A DNA stretch of 64,000 nt from the human T2T-CHM13v2.0 reference genome, Homo sapiens. Of the stretch, positions 15,380 through 31,437 are shown in pieces. The translations under genes and the position numbers were made by a program. Every line of letters begins with the position of its first letter. Positions within the stretch are counted from its first letter, which is position 1. The notes beneath the pieces are model-generated. The model was not told the DNA's origin. It did not search any database and was given only the letters and a program-made list of their open reading frames with translations. The stretch is taken from assembly GCF_009914755.1 (NCBI RefSeq), contig NC_060929.1. One strand, 5' to 3'.

Positions 15380-15502
15380 TGCTAGGCGTGTCAGCTGTAA
15401 TCCCAATGCTTTGGGAGGCCGAGGAGGGTGGATCGCTTGAGCCCAGGGGTTCAAGACCAGCCTGGGCAACAGAGTGAGACCCTGTCTCTATTTAAAATAA
15501 AA
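15380..15502 (+). mobile_element. FLAM
   Basis: Monomer; TSD aaaaggctgactg. Confidence 0.8.
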
Positions 15503-15524
15503 TTGTTTTTAAAAGGCTGACTGC

Positions 15525-15858
<334 letters not shown>

Positions 15859-16009
15859 TCATAGACAATGGGGTTTATCTGAAGTGCGATTATTGCTAAT
15901 TGAGAAAAAAAATAAAGGCTGACTGCCATCTATAAAACAAGTCATCGGCCCACCTGATTGATGAAGTGCCCCCTCCACTGGGAACACTCTCTGATGGGCA
16001 TTTACATGG

Positions 16010-17382
<1,373 letters not shown>

Positions 17383-18374
17383 ATTCTGTGACCATTCTGA
17401 AAGGTCCATTCATGTACTTTCCACCCTCCAGATCTTATTGTCACAATTTTCTAGCCTAATTCTTTCCCAGGTCCTGATCAGCTAACAACCCACCAGCCAG
17501 TCCCCATTTATAAGTACAGATCCATACTCAGCCTACCTGTATTTACACATGAAGTAGATAATAAAGTGTCCTCCCCTAACCCGGTCCTTTACCACTATAT
17601 TTCAGGGCCCCCTTGAGTGGAGCAGTAAGGCAGCAGTTTTCTAATTTCAGCTCGTACCAACATGCCATGCAGATTGGTCAATGATGCAGGTCCTTGATTC
17701 CTCCTTGTCTGCCTCTTTCATTAACTGGCCACAGGGAACTCCCTATGAGGGCGTAAGGACGGCTGGAGGAAGGTACCAGGAGCAGGTACTGTGGGCTTCT
17801 GGGCCACCTGCTTGTGATAGTTCATGGTGCCTTCTGGGCTGTTTCAGCCTGGTCTCATACATGATCGCTTCTATTTGGAATGCTACTGTGCATGTTTAAT
17901 TATATGATTTGATGGATCATGAGTTAACTACCCTTCATGAATACTCAGTTCATGATGGGCAGTTTTCATAGGCACACGGGGTCCCAGATTCAGGTGTTAA
18001 GTCTCTACAAGGGCTCAGGAGCCTCTTAAAAGCTACTTTTCAGGTAGAAGAATACTCGTTGGCAGACATGGTCCTCCAATTCTAAAACCTTAGGGATTTG
18101 TGTTTGATTTTCCTGTTGGGGCTTGCTAGGGGCTACATATAGCATTTTCGGCTGACACAGACATTTCCAGGACCACTGTATCCTTCGGTTATAAAGCCCA
18201 GCTACAGGGAAGCTGGGATAACAGCCTGGACTTGCTTCAGAGTCTTTGCTTAACTGACTACACTCAAAATCAGTAGCCTTATGAGTTGCCCACTAAGTGG
18301 ATTAGAGCAGCATGCCCAAATGTGGTCCATATTACCTCAAAAATCCAAAGATCAGAGGGAGGGGAGAGACGAAA

Positions 18375-18680
<306 letters not shown>

Positions 18681-19345
18681 TGAAGGATTTTTTAAAAATC
18701 CAAAGATGTCCACCAAGCCCTGTGCCTTGAGGCAATAAGGCGTGCAGATGTGGGCCCTCAGAAGAGGCATTGGCTTATAAGGCAGCTGTCCCAAAATGCA
18801 GCATTAAAGGGCTTTTGTGCAGGGAAGGCTGGCTCTGCAACCAAGGGTGGTGTGGGGGACTTGGGTTCAGAGTTCTTAGCCTTGATTATCTCTTCCCATA
18901 GGTCCCATCCCATCCCATGTCTCAAGGTTCCACCCTTTCCCCACTGGTGTCCTAGACTTAAACACTTATCAACATTCAGCTTTTAATTAGTGCTGAAACT
19001 CTGCAGCTCTTACCATTAACCGTTAGGCCCTAAAAAGTTGGTCTTCAGCCATTCTTTCCCTGTGACCTCATAGGAGATGGGGGACTTCGTCAAAACTGCC
19101 ACTGAAGATTTCTGAATGACCACGTATTTTCTCAGTTGGAGTCAGTTGATTTCCCAATGCCTTGTCCTACCCCTTCGCTTCATCTCATGCCATGCACCAG
19201 TCATATATGAGAAACCGTGATACCATCGCATGCCTGGCAGTATTCATGTTCCTGTTCCCCTGGGTAAGGTGAAGTGCCATGCACTCCTTAAATATGTGTG
19301 CAAACCAATTTATTTTTCCATTTCTTCTTCCTTAGCCACTCCTGG

Positions 19346-19680
19346 GGTACTAATCAGGACCCCAAAAGGAAACAGAAGGTATATTCAAATTGGGCAATTT
19401 GGCCTAAACTATCAAGGGAAGGGATAAGTTGAGGAACTCGAGAGAGCTGTGTGGAGAAGGCCACCAGACAGGAGCTGTTGACCTGGAAGGGAGGGAGACA
19501 GGAGACAACAAATACCTCAAGCTGACTATCCTCTCTCTCTCTCTCTCTGATCTGCCAGGGCTCCAAATTGGCCAACCTTAACAAGAAGCGTCTGTAATGC
19601 ATACAATTCAGCCTCCCAGGACACAGAGAAGGGTGGAGAATGGTGGAGAGTGGATTTTGAGGAGCAAATAAATAGAAGTT
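19346..19680 (-). mobile_element. ERVL LTR (LTR33-like), 5' LTR of the relic
   Basis: aggaaacagaaggtatattcaaattgggcaattt...cacagagaagggtggagaatggtggagagtggat; adjacent PBS remnant. Confidence 0.6.
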
Positions 19681-19759
19681 TTTTTACCTAAAGATATCAT
19701 AAGAGTTAAACTTGTTTTGAGACCTAGACTTATTTTTCACTTATTTTGTGAACATCTTC

Positions 19760-20780
19760 AATTGCATATTTCTCTCAGGCACCCCAAAATCAACATAAGC
19801 AAAACATAACTACTCTGGCCTTTCAAACCCTCTTCTCTTCTTAAGCCCCCAACTTTATATGGCACTATTTTTCATTTAGGCAGCTAGTCCAGAAATCTGG
19901 GAATTATACTTCTTTTTTCCCCTTTTTTTTTTTTTTGTGGAGACAGGGTCAGTCTTTGTCACTCAGGCTGGAGTGGAGTGCAGTGCAGTGGTGTGAACAT
20001 GACTCCCCGCAGCCTTGACTTCCCAGAGTCGAGCCATCCTCCCATCTCAGCCTCCCAAGTAGCTGGGACCACAGGTGCAACCACCATGCTCGGCTAATTT
20101 TTTAATTTTTTTGTAGAGACAGGGTCTCCCTATGTTGTCCAGGCTGGTCTCAAACTCCTGGGCTCAAGTGATCCTCCTACCTCGACCTCCCAAAGTGATG
20201 GGATTACAGGCGTGAGCCCCATGCTTGGACTTTGAAATCATCCTTGATCCCTCCCTCATATTCTGCATCTCTTTGGTCAACATTCTACAAATATCTTTCA
20301 GCTTCATTTCTTCTCCCTCATTTTCCTACCGGTTGTCAGTTAAAGCTGTCATCGTTTCTTGTCTGAATATGTCAACAACCTCTTAACTCATCTTACTTCC
20401 CTCACCCTTTTAAATGACAATCTCCCATACCACCAGAGTGATTTTCCTGAACTTCAGATGTGAATCCGGATAGATCTCCTCTTTGTTGATAAACCTTCAG
20501 CACCCTTAACCCTGAGGATAAAATCCAAGCTTCTTAGGATGTTACCCAGAACCCTTGCAATCTGGTTCCTATGTCCTCCTAAAGCCTCATCTGCTAAGCT
20601 ACCAATGTGTACTCTGTTGTCCAGCCATACAAGACACTTGACATTTTCCAAATGTGTCTTGTTTTTCTACATCTTTGTGACTTCCCACATATTTCCTCCT
20701 TTTGTGTCTTCTGTTCATTCCTTTCTGCCTGCCAGGTAAGTGACACTTCCTTTATAAGAGTCAGCTCACATCTTCTCTGG
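19760..20780 (+). mobile_element. L2 fragment with inserted AluJ (19913-20230, -)
   Basis: L2 motifs ccagaaatctgggaa, ggataaaatccaag, ccagccatac. Confidence 0.65.
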
Positions 20781-20920
20781 GAAGCCAAAGTTGAAAACCA
20801 CCAACCTGGGGTCCTCTAGAAATGCATGAATGAGTATTTAGAACATAATTGGAAGATGCGGAGTATTATATTAATGTGCAAACATAAGGCTTTATTATGT
20901 AGCTACTCATAGAGCTAAGT

Positions 20921-21083
20921 ACAGTATTTAATTGAATCTAATATGCTGTAGATTGTAAAGGCAGCCAAGAAGAAAACTCTGCCAATAATAATTGTGAGAC
21001 ACCCATTGATTATAAGATACATCCCAAGTTCAGAAATATTAAAATGTGAAAAAAGCACACCTTAGAATAAGCAAAATCAGGTA
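20921..21083. mobile_element. Old Tigger-like DNA transposon fragment
   Basis: cagtatttaattgaatctaa...ttagaataagcaaaatcaggta inverted-end pattern. Confidence 0.35.
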
Positions 21084-23130
21084 CCACCTAGTCTACACTT
21101 TCATTATTTACATAAGGAATCAGGTCTAGAGATGTAAGTGACTTGCTTAAGGTCACATAGCTCCTTAGTGGCAGTGCCACATCAAGACATACCTGATTTC
21201 CAGTCCAAAGCCATTTCATTTCATCATATATATTTATTATTGATGATCAGTGTGAGTAATAACAACTCCCAAATTGGTAAAATAAACTTAAATTAAGCGC
21301 CCTTATTCCTCTTTATGTCAGGAATAGCAGAAAAAATAGATGCTGGTTCTTTAATGCCTGCACCCTGCCTTCCCCCAACACCACCAAAACCAAGTAAAAA
21401 TATAAGGATCTTTCATTAATGACTGTGGAAATTAGCTTGTGAAATAGTTTGGATGTTTGTCCCCTCAAAATCTCATGTGGAAATGTAATCCCCAATGTTG
21501 GAGGTTGTATTAGTCTGTTTTCACACTGCTATAAAGAACTGCCTGAGATTGGGTAATTTATAAAGGAAAGAGGTTTAATATACTCACAGTTCTGCATGGC
21601 TGGGGAGGCTTCAGGAAACTTACAATCATGGTGGAAGGCGAAGGGGAAGCAAGGCACAGCTTACATGGTGACAGGAGAGAGACAGCAGGAGAAACTGCCA
21701 CTTTTAAACCATCAGATTTTCTGAGAACTCACTCACTATCATGAGAACGGCATGGGGAAAACCACCCCCATGATCCAATCACCTCCCACCAGGTCCCTCC
21801 ATCAACATGTGGGGAACTAAAGATGAGGTTTGACTGGGGACACAGAGCCAAACCATATCATTCCACCTCTGGTCCTTCTCAAATCTCATATCCTTTTCAC
21901 ATTTCAAAACCAGTCATACCTTCCCAACAGTCCCCCAAAGTCTTAACTCATTCCAGCATTAACCCAAAAGTCAAAGTCCAAAGTCTCATCTGAGACAAGG
22001 CAAGTCTTTTCCACCTATGAGCCTGTAAAACAAAAAACAAGTTAGCTACTTCCTAGAGACAATGGGGGCACAGGCATTGGGTAAATGTTCCTGTTCCAAA
22101 TGGGAGAAATTGGCCAAAACAAAGGGGCCACAGGCCCCATACGATTCCAAAACCCAATGGGGCAGTCATAAAATCTTAAAGCTCTGAAATGATCTCCTTT
22201 GGCTTCATGTCTCACATCCAGGACACCCTGATGCAAGGGGTAGGCTCCCAAAGTCTTGGGCAGCTCTGCAGGGTATAGCCCCTGTGGCTGCTTTCATGGG
22301 CTGGCATTGTGTGCCTGCAGCTTTTCCAGGTGTACAGTGCAAGCTTTGGTGGATCTACCATTCTGGGGTCTGCAGGATGGTAGCTCTCTCCTCACAGCTC
22401 CAGTAGGCAGTGCCCCAGTGGGGACTTTATGTGGGGGCTCCAATCCCACATTTTCCCTCTGCATTGCCCTAGTAGAGGTCCTCCATGAAGGCTTCACCCC
22501 TGCAGCAGACGTCTGCCTGGACATCCAGACATTTCCATAAATCCTCTGAAATGTAGGCAGCGGCTGCCAAGCCTCAGCTCTTGATTTCTGCAGGCCCGCA
22601 GGCCCAATACCATGTGGAAGCTGCCAAGGCTTGGAGCTTGTACCCTCTGAAGCAATAGCCCAAGCTGTACCTTGATCCCTTTTAGCCACAGCTAGAGCTG
22701 GAGCAGCTAGGACACAGGGCACCAAGTCCTGAGTCTGCACAGAGCAGCGGGACCAAGCTCTGGCCCAAGAAACCATTTTTCCCTCCTAAGCTTCCAGGCA
22801 TGTGATGGGAGGGGCTGTTATGAAGGTCTCTGACATGCCCTGGAGACATTTTTTCCCATTGTCTTGGCTATTAACATTCAGCTCCTCCTTGCTTATGCAA
22901 ATTTCTGCAGCCGGCTTGAATTTCTTCCCAGAAAAATGGGTTTTTCTTTTCTACCATATGGTCATGCTGCAAATTTTCCAAACATTTATGCTCTGCTTCC
23001 CTTTTAAACATAAGTTTCAGTTTCAGATAAACTCTTTGTGAACACACACGACTGAATGCTTTCAGAATCAGCCAGGTTACCTCTTGAATGCTTTGATGCT
23101 TAAAAATTCTTCTGCCAGATACCCTAAATT

Positions 23131-23440
23131 GGTGGGGAGTGGTGGCTCACACCTGTAATCCCAGCACTTTGGGAGGCTGAAGCGGGTGGATCACTTGAGG
23201 TCAGGAGTTCAAGACCAGTCTGACCAACAAGGTGAAACCCTATCTCTACTAAAAATACAAAAAATTAGTAGGGTGGAGTGATGGGTGCCCGTAATTCCAG
23301 CTACTCAGGAGGCTGAGACAGGAGAATCGTTTGAACCTGAGAGTCAGAGGTTGCAGTGAGCTGAGATCATACCATTGCACTGCAGCCTGGGCAGCAAGAG
23401 CAAAACCCCATCTCAAAAAAAAAAAAAAAGAAAAAAGAAA
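23131..23440 (+). mobile_element. AluS in THE1 internal region
   Basis: Full dimer with a long flanking duplication. Confidence 0.93.
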
Positions 23441-23496
23441 TTTCTTCTGCCAGATACCCTAATCATCTCTCTTAAGTTCAAAGTTTCATAGATCTT

Positions 23497-23788
23497 GGCT
23501 GGGCATGGTGGCTTATGCCTGTAATCCCAGCAATTTGGGAGGCTGAGGCAGGTGGATCACTTGAGGCCAGGAGTTTGATACATGGCAAAACACTGTCTTT
23601 ACTAAAAATTTAAAAAATTAGCCAAGTGTGGTGGTGCACGCCTGTAATCCCAGCTACGCAGGAGGCTGAGGCAGGAGAATAGCTTGAACCTGGGAAGCTG
23701 AGTGTGCAGTTAGCTGAGATTGCACCACTGTGCTCCAGCCTGGGCAACAGAGCAAGACTCTGTCTCAAAACAAAACAAAACAAAACAA
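23497..23788 (+). mobile_element. AluS in THE1 internal region
   Basis: Full dimer with (CAAAA)n tail. Confidence 0.93.
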
Positions 23789-25504
23789 TGTTCCACAGAC
23801 CTCTAGGGAAGGGGCAAAATGCCACCAGTCCCTTTGCTAAAGCAGAGGAAGAGTGACCTTTGCTCCAGTTCCCAATAAGTTTCTCGTCTCCATCTGAGAC
23901 CACCTCAGCCTGGACTTCCATATCACTATCAGTATTTTGGTCAAAACCATTCAATAAGTCTCTAGGACATTACAAACTTTCCCGCATCTTCTTCTCTTCT
24001 TCCAAGCCCTCCAAACTGTTCCAACCTCTGCCTCTTACCCAGTTCCAAAGTCGCTTCCACATTTTCAGGTTATTATAAAGATAGCAGTACCGTGCTATCC
24101 CAGTACCAATTTTCTGTATTAGTTCATTTTCGTTCTGCTATAAAGAACTGTCTGAGAGTGGGTAATTTATAAAGGAAAGAGGGTTAATTGACTCACAGTT
24201 CCACATGGCTAGAGAGGCCTCAGAAAACTTAAAATCATGGCGGAAGGGGAAGGGGAAGCAAGGCATGTCTTACATGTAGCAGGACAGAGAGAAAGAGCAG
24301 GGGAAACTACTTTTAAACCATCAGATCTCATGATAACTCCCTCACTATCAGGAGAACATCATAGGGGAAACTGCCCCATGATTTAATCACCTCCCACCAG
24401 GTTCCCCCTGACACATTGGGATTACAATTCAAGATGAGGTTTGGGTGGGGACATCGAGCCAAACCATATCAGAGGTGGAGCCTGGTGGGAGGTGTTTGGG
24501 TCATGGGGACAGATCCTTCATGAGTGGCTTGGTACTGTCCTCACAATGGTGAGTTATCACAAAATCTGGTTGTTTAAAACTGTGTGGTACCTCCCTGCTC
24601 TCTCTTTTGCTCCTGCTTTTGCTGTGTGACATGCCTGCTCCCCCTTTGCCTTCCACCATGATTGAAAGCTTCCTGATGTCCTTACCAGAAGCAAGTGCCA
24701 GCACCACACTTGTTGTACAGCCCGCAGAACCATCAGCCAGTTAAACCTCTTTTCTTTATAAATGACCTAGGCTTAGGTATTTCTTTATAGCAACATAGGA
24801 ATGGCCTAATACGGCCTGCATACACAGGCACGCACATGTGCACATGCACACGTGTGTGCCTGTGCTCACAAACACACTCAAGCCAGGGAAGGCCCTACAA
24901 AAGGTACAGTCCATGTAGGGAAACGAACGCATCTTCTTGAGAGATTGTTGGCACTACTTGAGAGATTCTTCAGCTGTAAGAAGTCCTTTTGTAGGGGGCT
25001 ACATTTCTAGTCCTAAGTTCCAAGTGTTTGGGTCATGTTATCCATTCAAGCTGAGATCTGGATTAAAACCCAGTCATACCCATCTGGGGAAGGCTTTAAC
25101 TGCCTTCTGTTGTCTGTAGCCATCTCCATTTACTTCCCAGCTTTTACAGAAGAAGTCGCATACATTCCTCTCCCGACTGATCCAGGCTCTCTAATCTTCA
25201 CTGAATTGCCCAGAAAAGATGCCCCTTTCCTTAAGTCCATGTCATCAGAGCGAACTAAATCACAATTACAAGCTTCCATGCATGCAAAAGCAACAAGACC
25301 AAGGAGAGGTGCCAACATTCCCCACTGTTACTGGAAAAGGGCCCACATGGTGGCTTTCAGTCATTTTACTATGCTCCCATAAAGGCACCTTTCTTCTTTC
25401 TTCATTAGTTCTGATTTCTACAACATAAGATCATATTAGGATTTCTAAAGGGCAGAATATTATAGGCTTTTGAAAATTTTTAACTGTTAGAGACTCTCTA
25501 AATC

Positions 25505-25690
25505 CAGTGATTCTCCAAATTCCTAATAATAAGAGTCACCTAGAGATTCTTCCAATTATACAAATTCCTAAATCCCACTGCGTTTTCACTAAATCAGAAT
25601 CCCAGGGCCTTTGGTTGGAGAAATCATATGTTAAACAAGTCCTCCCAAATGAGTCTTACCAGCAAGTAAGTTTGGGAAACGTTCTGCCCA
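25505..25690. mobile_element. MER5-type hAT element inside MIR
   Basis: cagtgattctcc...aaatcagaatc...agtttgggaaac. Confidence 0.6.
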
Positions 25691-25729
25691 GCCTCATAAT
25701 TCTAAGGATGAGGACGCTGAAGCCCAGTT

Positions 25730-26052
25730 TTTGTCCCCTCTAAAACTCATGTGTTGGAAGCTTAATCCCCAAGGCAACAGTATAGGGATGTAGGGCCTAA
25801 TTGGAGGTGTTTAAGCCCCCCTGAGGGGTCCACCCTCATAAATAGATTAATGCCACTTGTGAGGACACAGTTTCTCTTTGTACGCTGCCTTCCACCATGT
25901 GATGGCGCAGCAAGAAGCCCCTCACCAGATGCCAGCACCTTGATCTTGGACTTCCCAGCATCCAGAACTGTGAGCCAATAAATTTCTGCTCATTATAATA
26001 AATTAGCCAGTTTGTGATATTCTGTTATAACAGTACAAAATAGACTAAGACA
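25730..26052 (+). mobile_element. MSTD/MLT1A-type LTR
   Basis: ccagcaccttgatcttggacttcccagc...gactaagaca. Confidence 0.75.
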
Positions 26053-26789
26053 CCTAAAGAAGTTGAATAACTTATTGAAGATACCTGTGTTTACGCTTGT
26101 GTAAGTACAGACTGCTTCTGGAGGGACTGTGCCTGTCTTAGGGGAAACAGCCTGGAGAACTGTGAATCTAAGAGGTAAAAAAAGACTTTATTTTTTCATT
26201 ATATGCCCTTTTGTGATGGTTAGGGAAACATTTTCCCCATATGATGAATAATTTTTCAATAAAAACCTAGTTCTGAGTACATCTGATTTGCATACGTCTT
26301 AGAAATATAGTCATTGTACCCTAGCTTCCCCCACTCCCACCTACCTTGAATCTGCTTTCTAGCTGTCAGACAGCCCCCTCATTTCCCTTTCCTCTGCCTA
26401 CTCCAGACTCCTCCACTTGTGCACAGTCAGCCCTGCTTTACTCCAGCTGCCCTGACTGGGCTGAAGGGAAGGAACACTTGAAGAACCTCTTCTTCTACCA
26501 GGAGGGGCATGGAGTGAATCATCCTCTGTATGAGGCAGAGCCCCAGAGCTGACTGCTGGGCTAGGCTGTGACTCAACCAAGGCCTTTCTCCTTGGTGCCA
26601 CCAATTCCACTAAGTGGCACCCAACCTTGAGTACATTCAGACATGATGTGGAACAGGAATTCTGTGCTGGGGTGGCCATACTCCCACCTTTGTAGTTTCA
26701 CATAGCAACTTCTCAAAGTCATGTAGACAAGCTTCTTTATGACACGGTGTTAGAAAAAAACATTTAAATATCTAAATACAAAAGTGTGG

Positions 26790-28115
<1,326 letters not shown>

Positions 28116-28131
28116 AAAAAGAAATAGCCCC

Positions 28132-28429
28132 GGCCAGCCACGGTGGCTTATGCCTGTAATCCCAGCACTTTGGGAGCCTGAGGCAGGTGGATCACTTGAG
28201 GTCAGGAGTTCAAGACCAGCCTGGCCAACAAGGTGAAACCCCATCTCTACTAAAAATATAAAAATTAACCAGCCATGATGGCAGGCACCTGTAATCCCAG
28301 TTATTTGGGAGGCTGAGGCAAGAGAATTGCTTGAACCCAGGAGGCGGAGGTTATGGTGAGCCGAGATCGCGCCACTGCACCCCAGCCTGGGAGACAGAGA
28401 AACAGAGTGAGACTCCATCTCAAAAAAAA
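28132..28429 (+). mobile_element. AluS
   Basis: Full dimer with short A tail. Confidence 0.93.
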
Positions 28430-28431
28430 CA

Positions 28432-28545
28432 CATGGGGTTTCTGCATGTTGGTCAGGCTGGTCTCAAACTTCCGACCTCAGGTGATCTGCCTGCCTTGGC
28501 CTCCCAAAGTGCTGGGATTACAGGCGTGAGCCACTGCGCCCGGCT
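28432..28545 (-). mobile_element. Alu left arm only, fused to the previous Alu tail
   Basis: atggggtttctgcatgttggtcagg...gcgcccggc. Confidence 0.9.
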
Positions 28546-28799
28546 GAAGAAGGCTCTTAATTACCTAGTGATGATGCGATTTTTTTGAAGTGGTAAAACA
28601 ATCTGTGCTAAAAGTGATAAACAGAGCACAGTACAACCACCCTTCCATTTATACAATAATGACATCCCTTTAAAATCTAGAGTATGTTAAAACTAGGTAA
28701 AAATATTTTGTGTTTATATGTCAAAGCAGACTTAGATTCTAGGTTCAGATTGTTAAAAATGTATCTTACTTATACATGAATGTCCATTTTGATATTATA

Positions 28800-28980
28800 A
28801 AGTCGTGGTGGATGTAGGACAATCCAATGTCTTACAAGACTGTCCTGCACATTGTAGGATGTCTAACACTCATGGCCCCTGACCATCAAATGCTAGTAGT
28901 CTCTCTGTGACAACCAAAAATAACACCACAAATTTCCAACATTCCTCTAGGAGGTGCTGTCACTTTGATCAAGAACCATC
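28800..28980. mobile_element. MER20-like hAT fragment
   Basis: gactgtcctgcacattgtaggatg...gtgacaaccaaaaa...aagaacca. Confidence 0.55.
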
Positions 28981-29315
28981 AATATAGAGGATAACTTCCA
29001 GGCTGTAAGCCATTTATGTTTGCATTCATGAAACCCTAGATGATCCATGGCCATCAAGGTAATTTGATGGGCTTGATAATTTGAGCCAACTCTCTCACGT
29101 CTTCAAGGCCTCTCTACTCATTGTACTATAGATCTGTTCCAAATTAGGCTCCCTGGAGTCTCAGCTTAATGAACATTTGGATGTTCTGTGGTTGGTGACT
29201 GACCTCAAGAGTCTATCAGAAGATGTGGGTAATGTTCCTGGACAAACAGGTGGAAATTATGCCTGAATGTTTCAAACTATATTCCTATCTCTGCATTGAG
29301 ATTTCACTTCCTTTA

Positions 29316-29813
<498 letters not shown>

Positions 29814-30014
29814 CTAGAGCAGAGGGCTCCATTGATTTCTCAATTTGTACAATCAAGGGTTGGAATCCATGCTGGACATTATTGTCCACTAAATACTGGA
29901 GACCTTGTACCTCATCTTCTGTCATGGGATATAGCTAACATTTGAGTGATTATTATATGCTAGGCTATATACTAACCCAGTGCTATGCATTTTATAGGAG
30001 TTATTTAATTCTCA

Positions 30015-30432
<418 letters not shown>

Positions 30433-30711
30433 TGGCGGCGTGGGGGGGAGGTTTTCATGAGGAAATTGAGGCACAGAGCAGTTAACTAACATTCTCAGGG
30501 TCACATAGTTAATAAGCTAAAGAGCCAGGATTTGAACCCAGGCCTCTGATTCTAAAACTGGAGTTTTTAACCATTTAGGGCATTCTGCCTCCAATGTAGG
30601 AGGACACACTTGCCAAGAAGCTGTATCTTGGGCCTAGAGAAATGGTATAGCCTTACGTTGGATAAATACCTTTTGGCAATCAGCCTGCCTAGGAGAAGTC
30701 TGGTGCATTCC

Positions 30712-31190
30712 TATATCAGTGAGGTTGCATTTAGCTTCAAATAGTAATAGAAAGCTGACTAGTAAGGCTGAACAATAAGAACATTTATTACTTATTCAAT
30801 GTGAAGCCCCAAGGTTGGTTGAATGGCTCACTAATATTGTTAAGCACTCTCAGCCTCACAATCATCAGGATATTAGCTTTTCTTCTTCTCATGTGTTACC
30901 TCTTTGCCATGAGATGGCTGCTGCAGTTCCAATTGCACAAGAGAAAGGAAGGAGCAAGGAGCAGAGGAAAAAGGACTTTTAATGGCTTTTTATCCCTAGC
31001 CAACTTTCTTTTGGGTTTCATTGACTATAACTGATTGACATGCCTACTCCTAAACCTGTTGTTGGAAAAGGGGAATGGTAGGTAATATGATGATTGCCTT
31101 AGACAAATCACTATTTATCCCTGGGGTTCTGTTGCCAGGGGTTTCAACCATTACCAAATTAGGGTGCTGTTAGGAAAGAAAGGGGATGGC
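30712..31190 (-). mobile_element. Old MLT1 (J/K-like) LTR
   Basis: agatggctgctgcagttcca...cattgactataact...catgcctactcctaaac. Confidence 0.55.
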
Positions 31191-31194
31191 TATG

Positions 31195-31437
31195 GTCTTA
31201 GCTTGTGCTGCCATAACAAAGCCCCATAGACTGAGTGGCTTAAACGATAGACATTTATTTTCTCACAGTTCTAGAGGTTGAAAAGTTCAAGATCAAGGCC
31301 TGATGGGGTTCCATTTTTGGTTAAGGCTCTAGATCCCTAATTACATCTAAAAGGCTCCATGTGCAATTATCATCACATCTGGGATTAGGGCTTCAACATA
31401 TGAATTGTAGTGGACACAAATATTCAGTCCATAACAG
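31195..31437 (-). mobile_element. MLT1A-type LTR fragment
   Basis: gctgccataacaaa...catttatttt ctcacagttctagagg...ttcagtccataaca. Confidence 0.75.

Larger units (their letters stand above)
21506..24471 (-). mobile_element. Full-length THE1 (D-like) MaLR provirus: 5' LTR 24115-24471, internal region 21861-24114, 3' LTR 21506-21860
   Basis: Two ~355-bp TG...CA LTRs; perfect 5-bp TSD GAGGT (21501-21505, 24472-24476); gaaaattggtac after the 5' LTR and a purine tract before the 3' LTR. Confidence 0.92.
21440..24813 (+). mobile_element. MSTB LTR (21440-21505 + 24472-24813) split by the THE1 provirus
   Basis: tgaaatagtttggatgtttgtcccc...ggcctaatacg; TSD gcttg/gcctg. Confidence 0.8.

Noticed and set aside
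22042-23041. ORFs up to 160 aa in the THE1 internal region
   Set aside because: Fragments of decayed MaLR internal sequence broken by stops and frameshifts.
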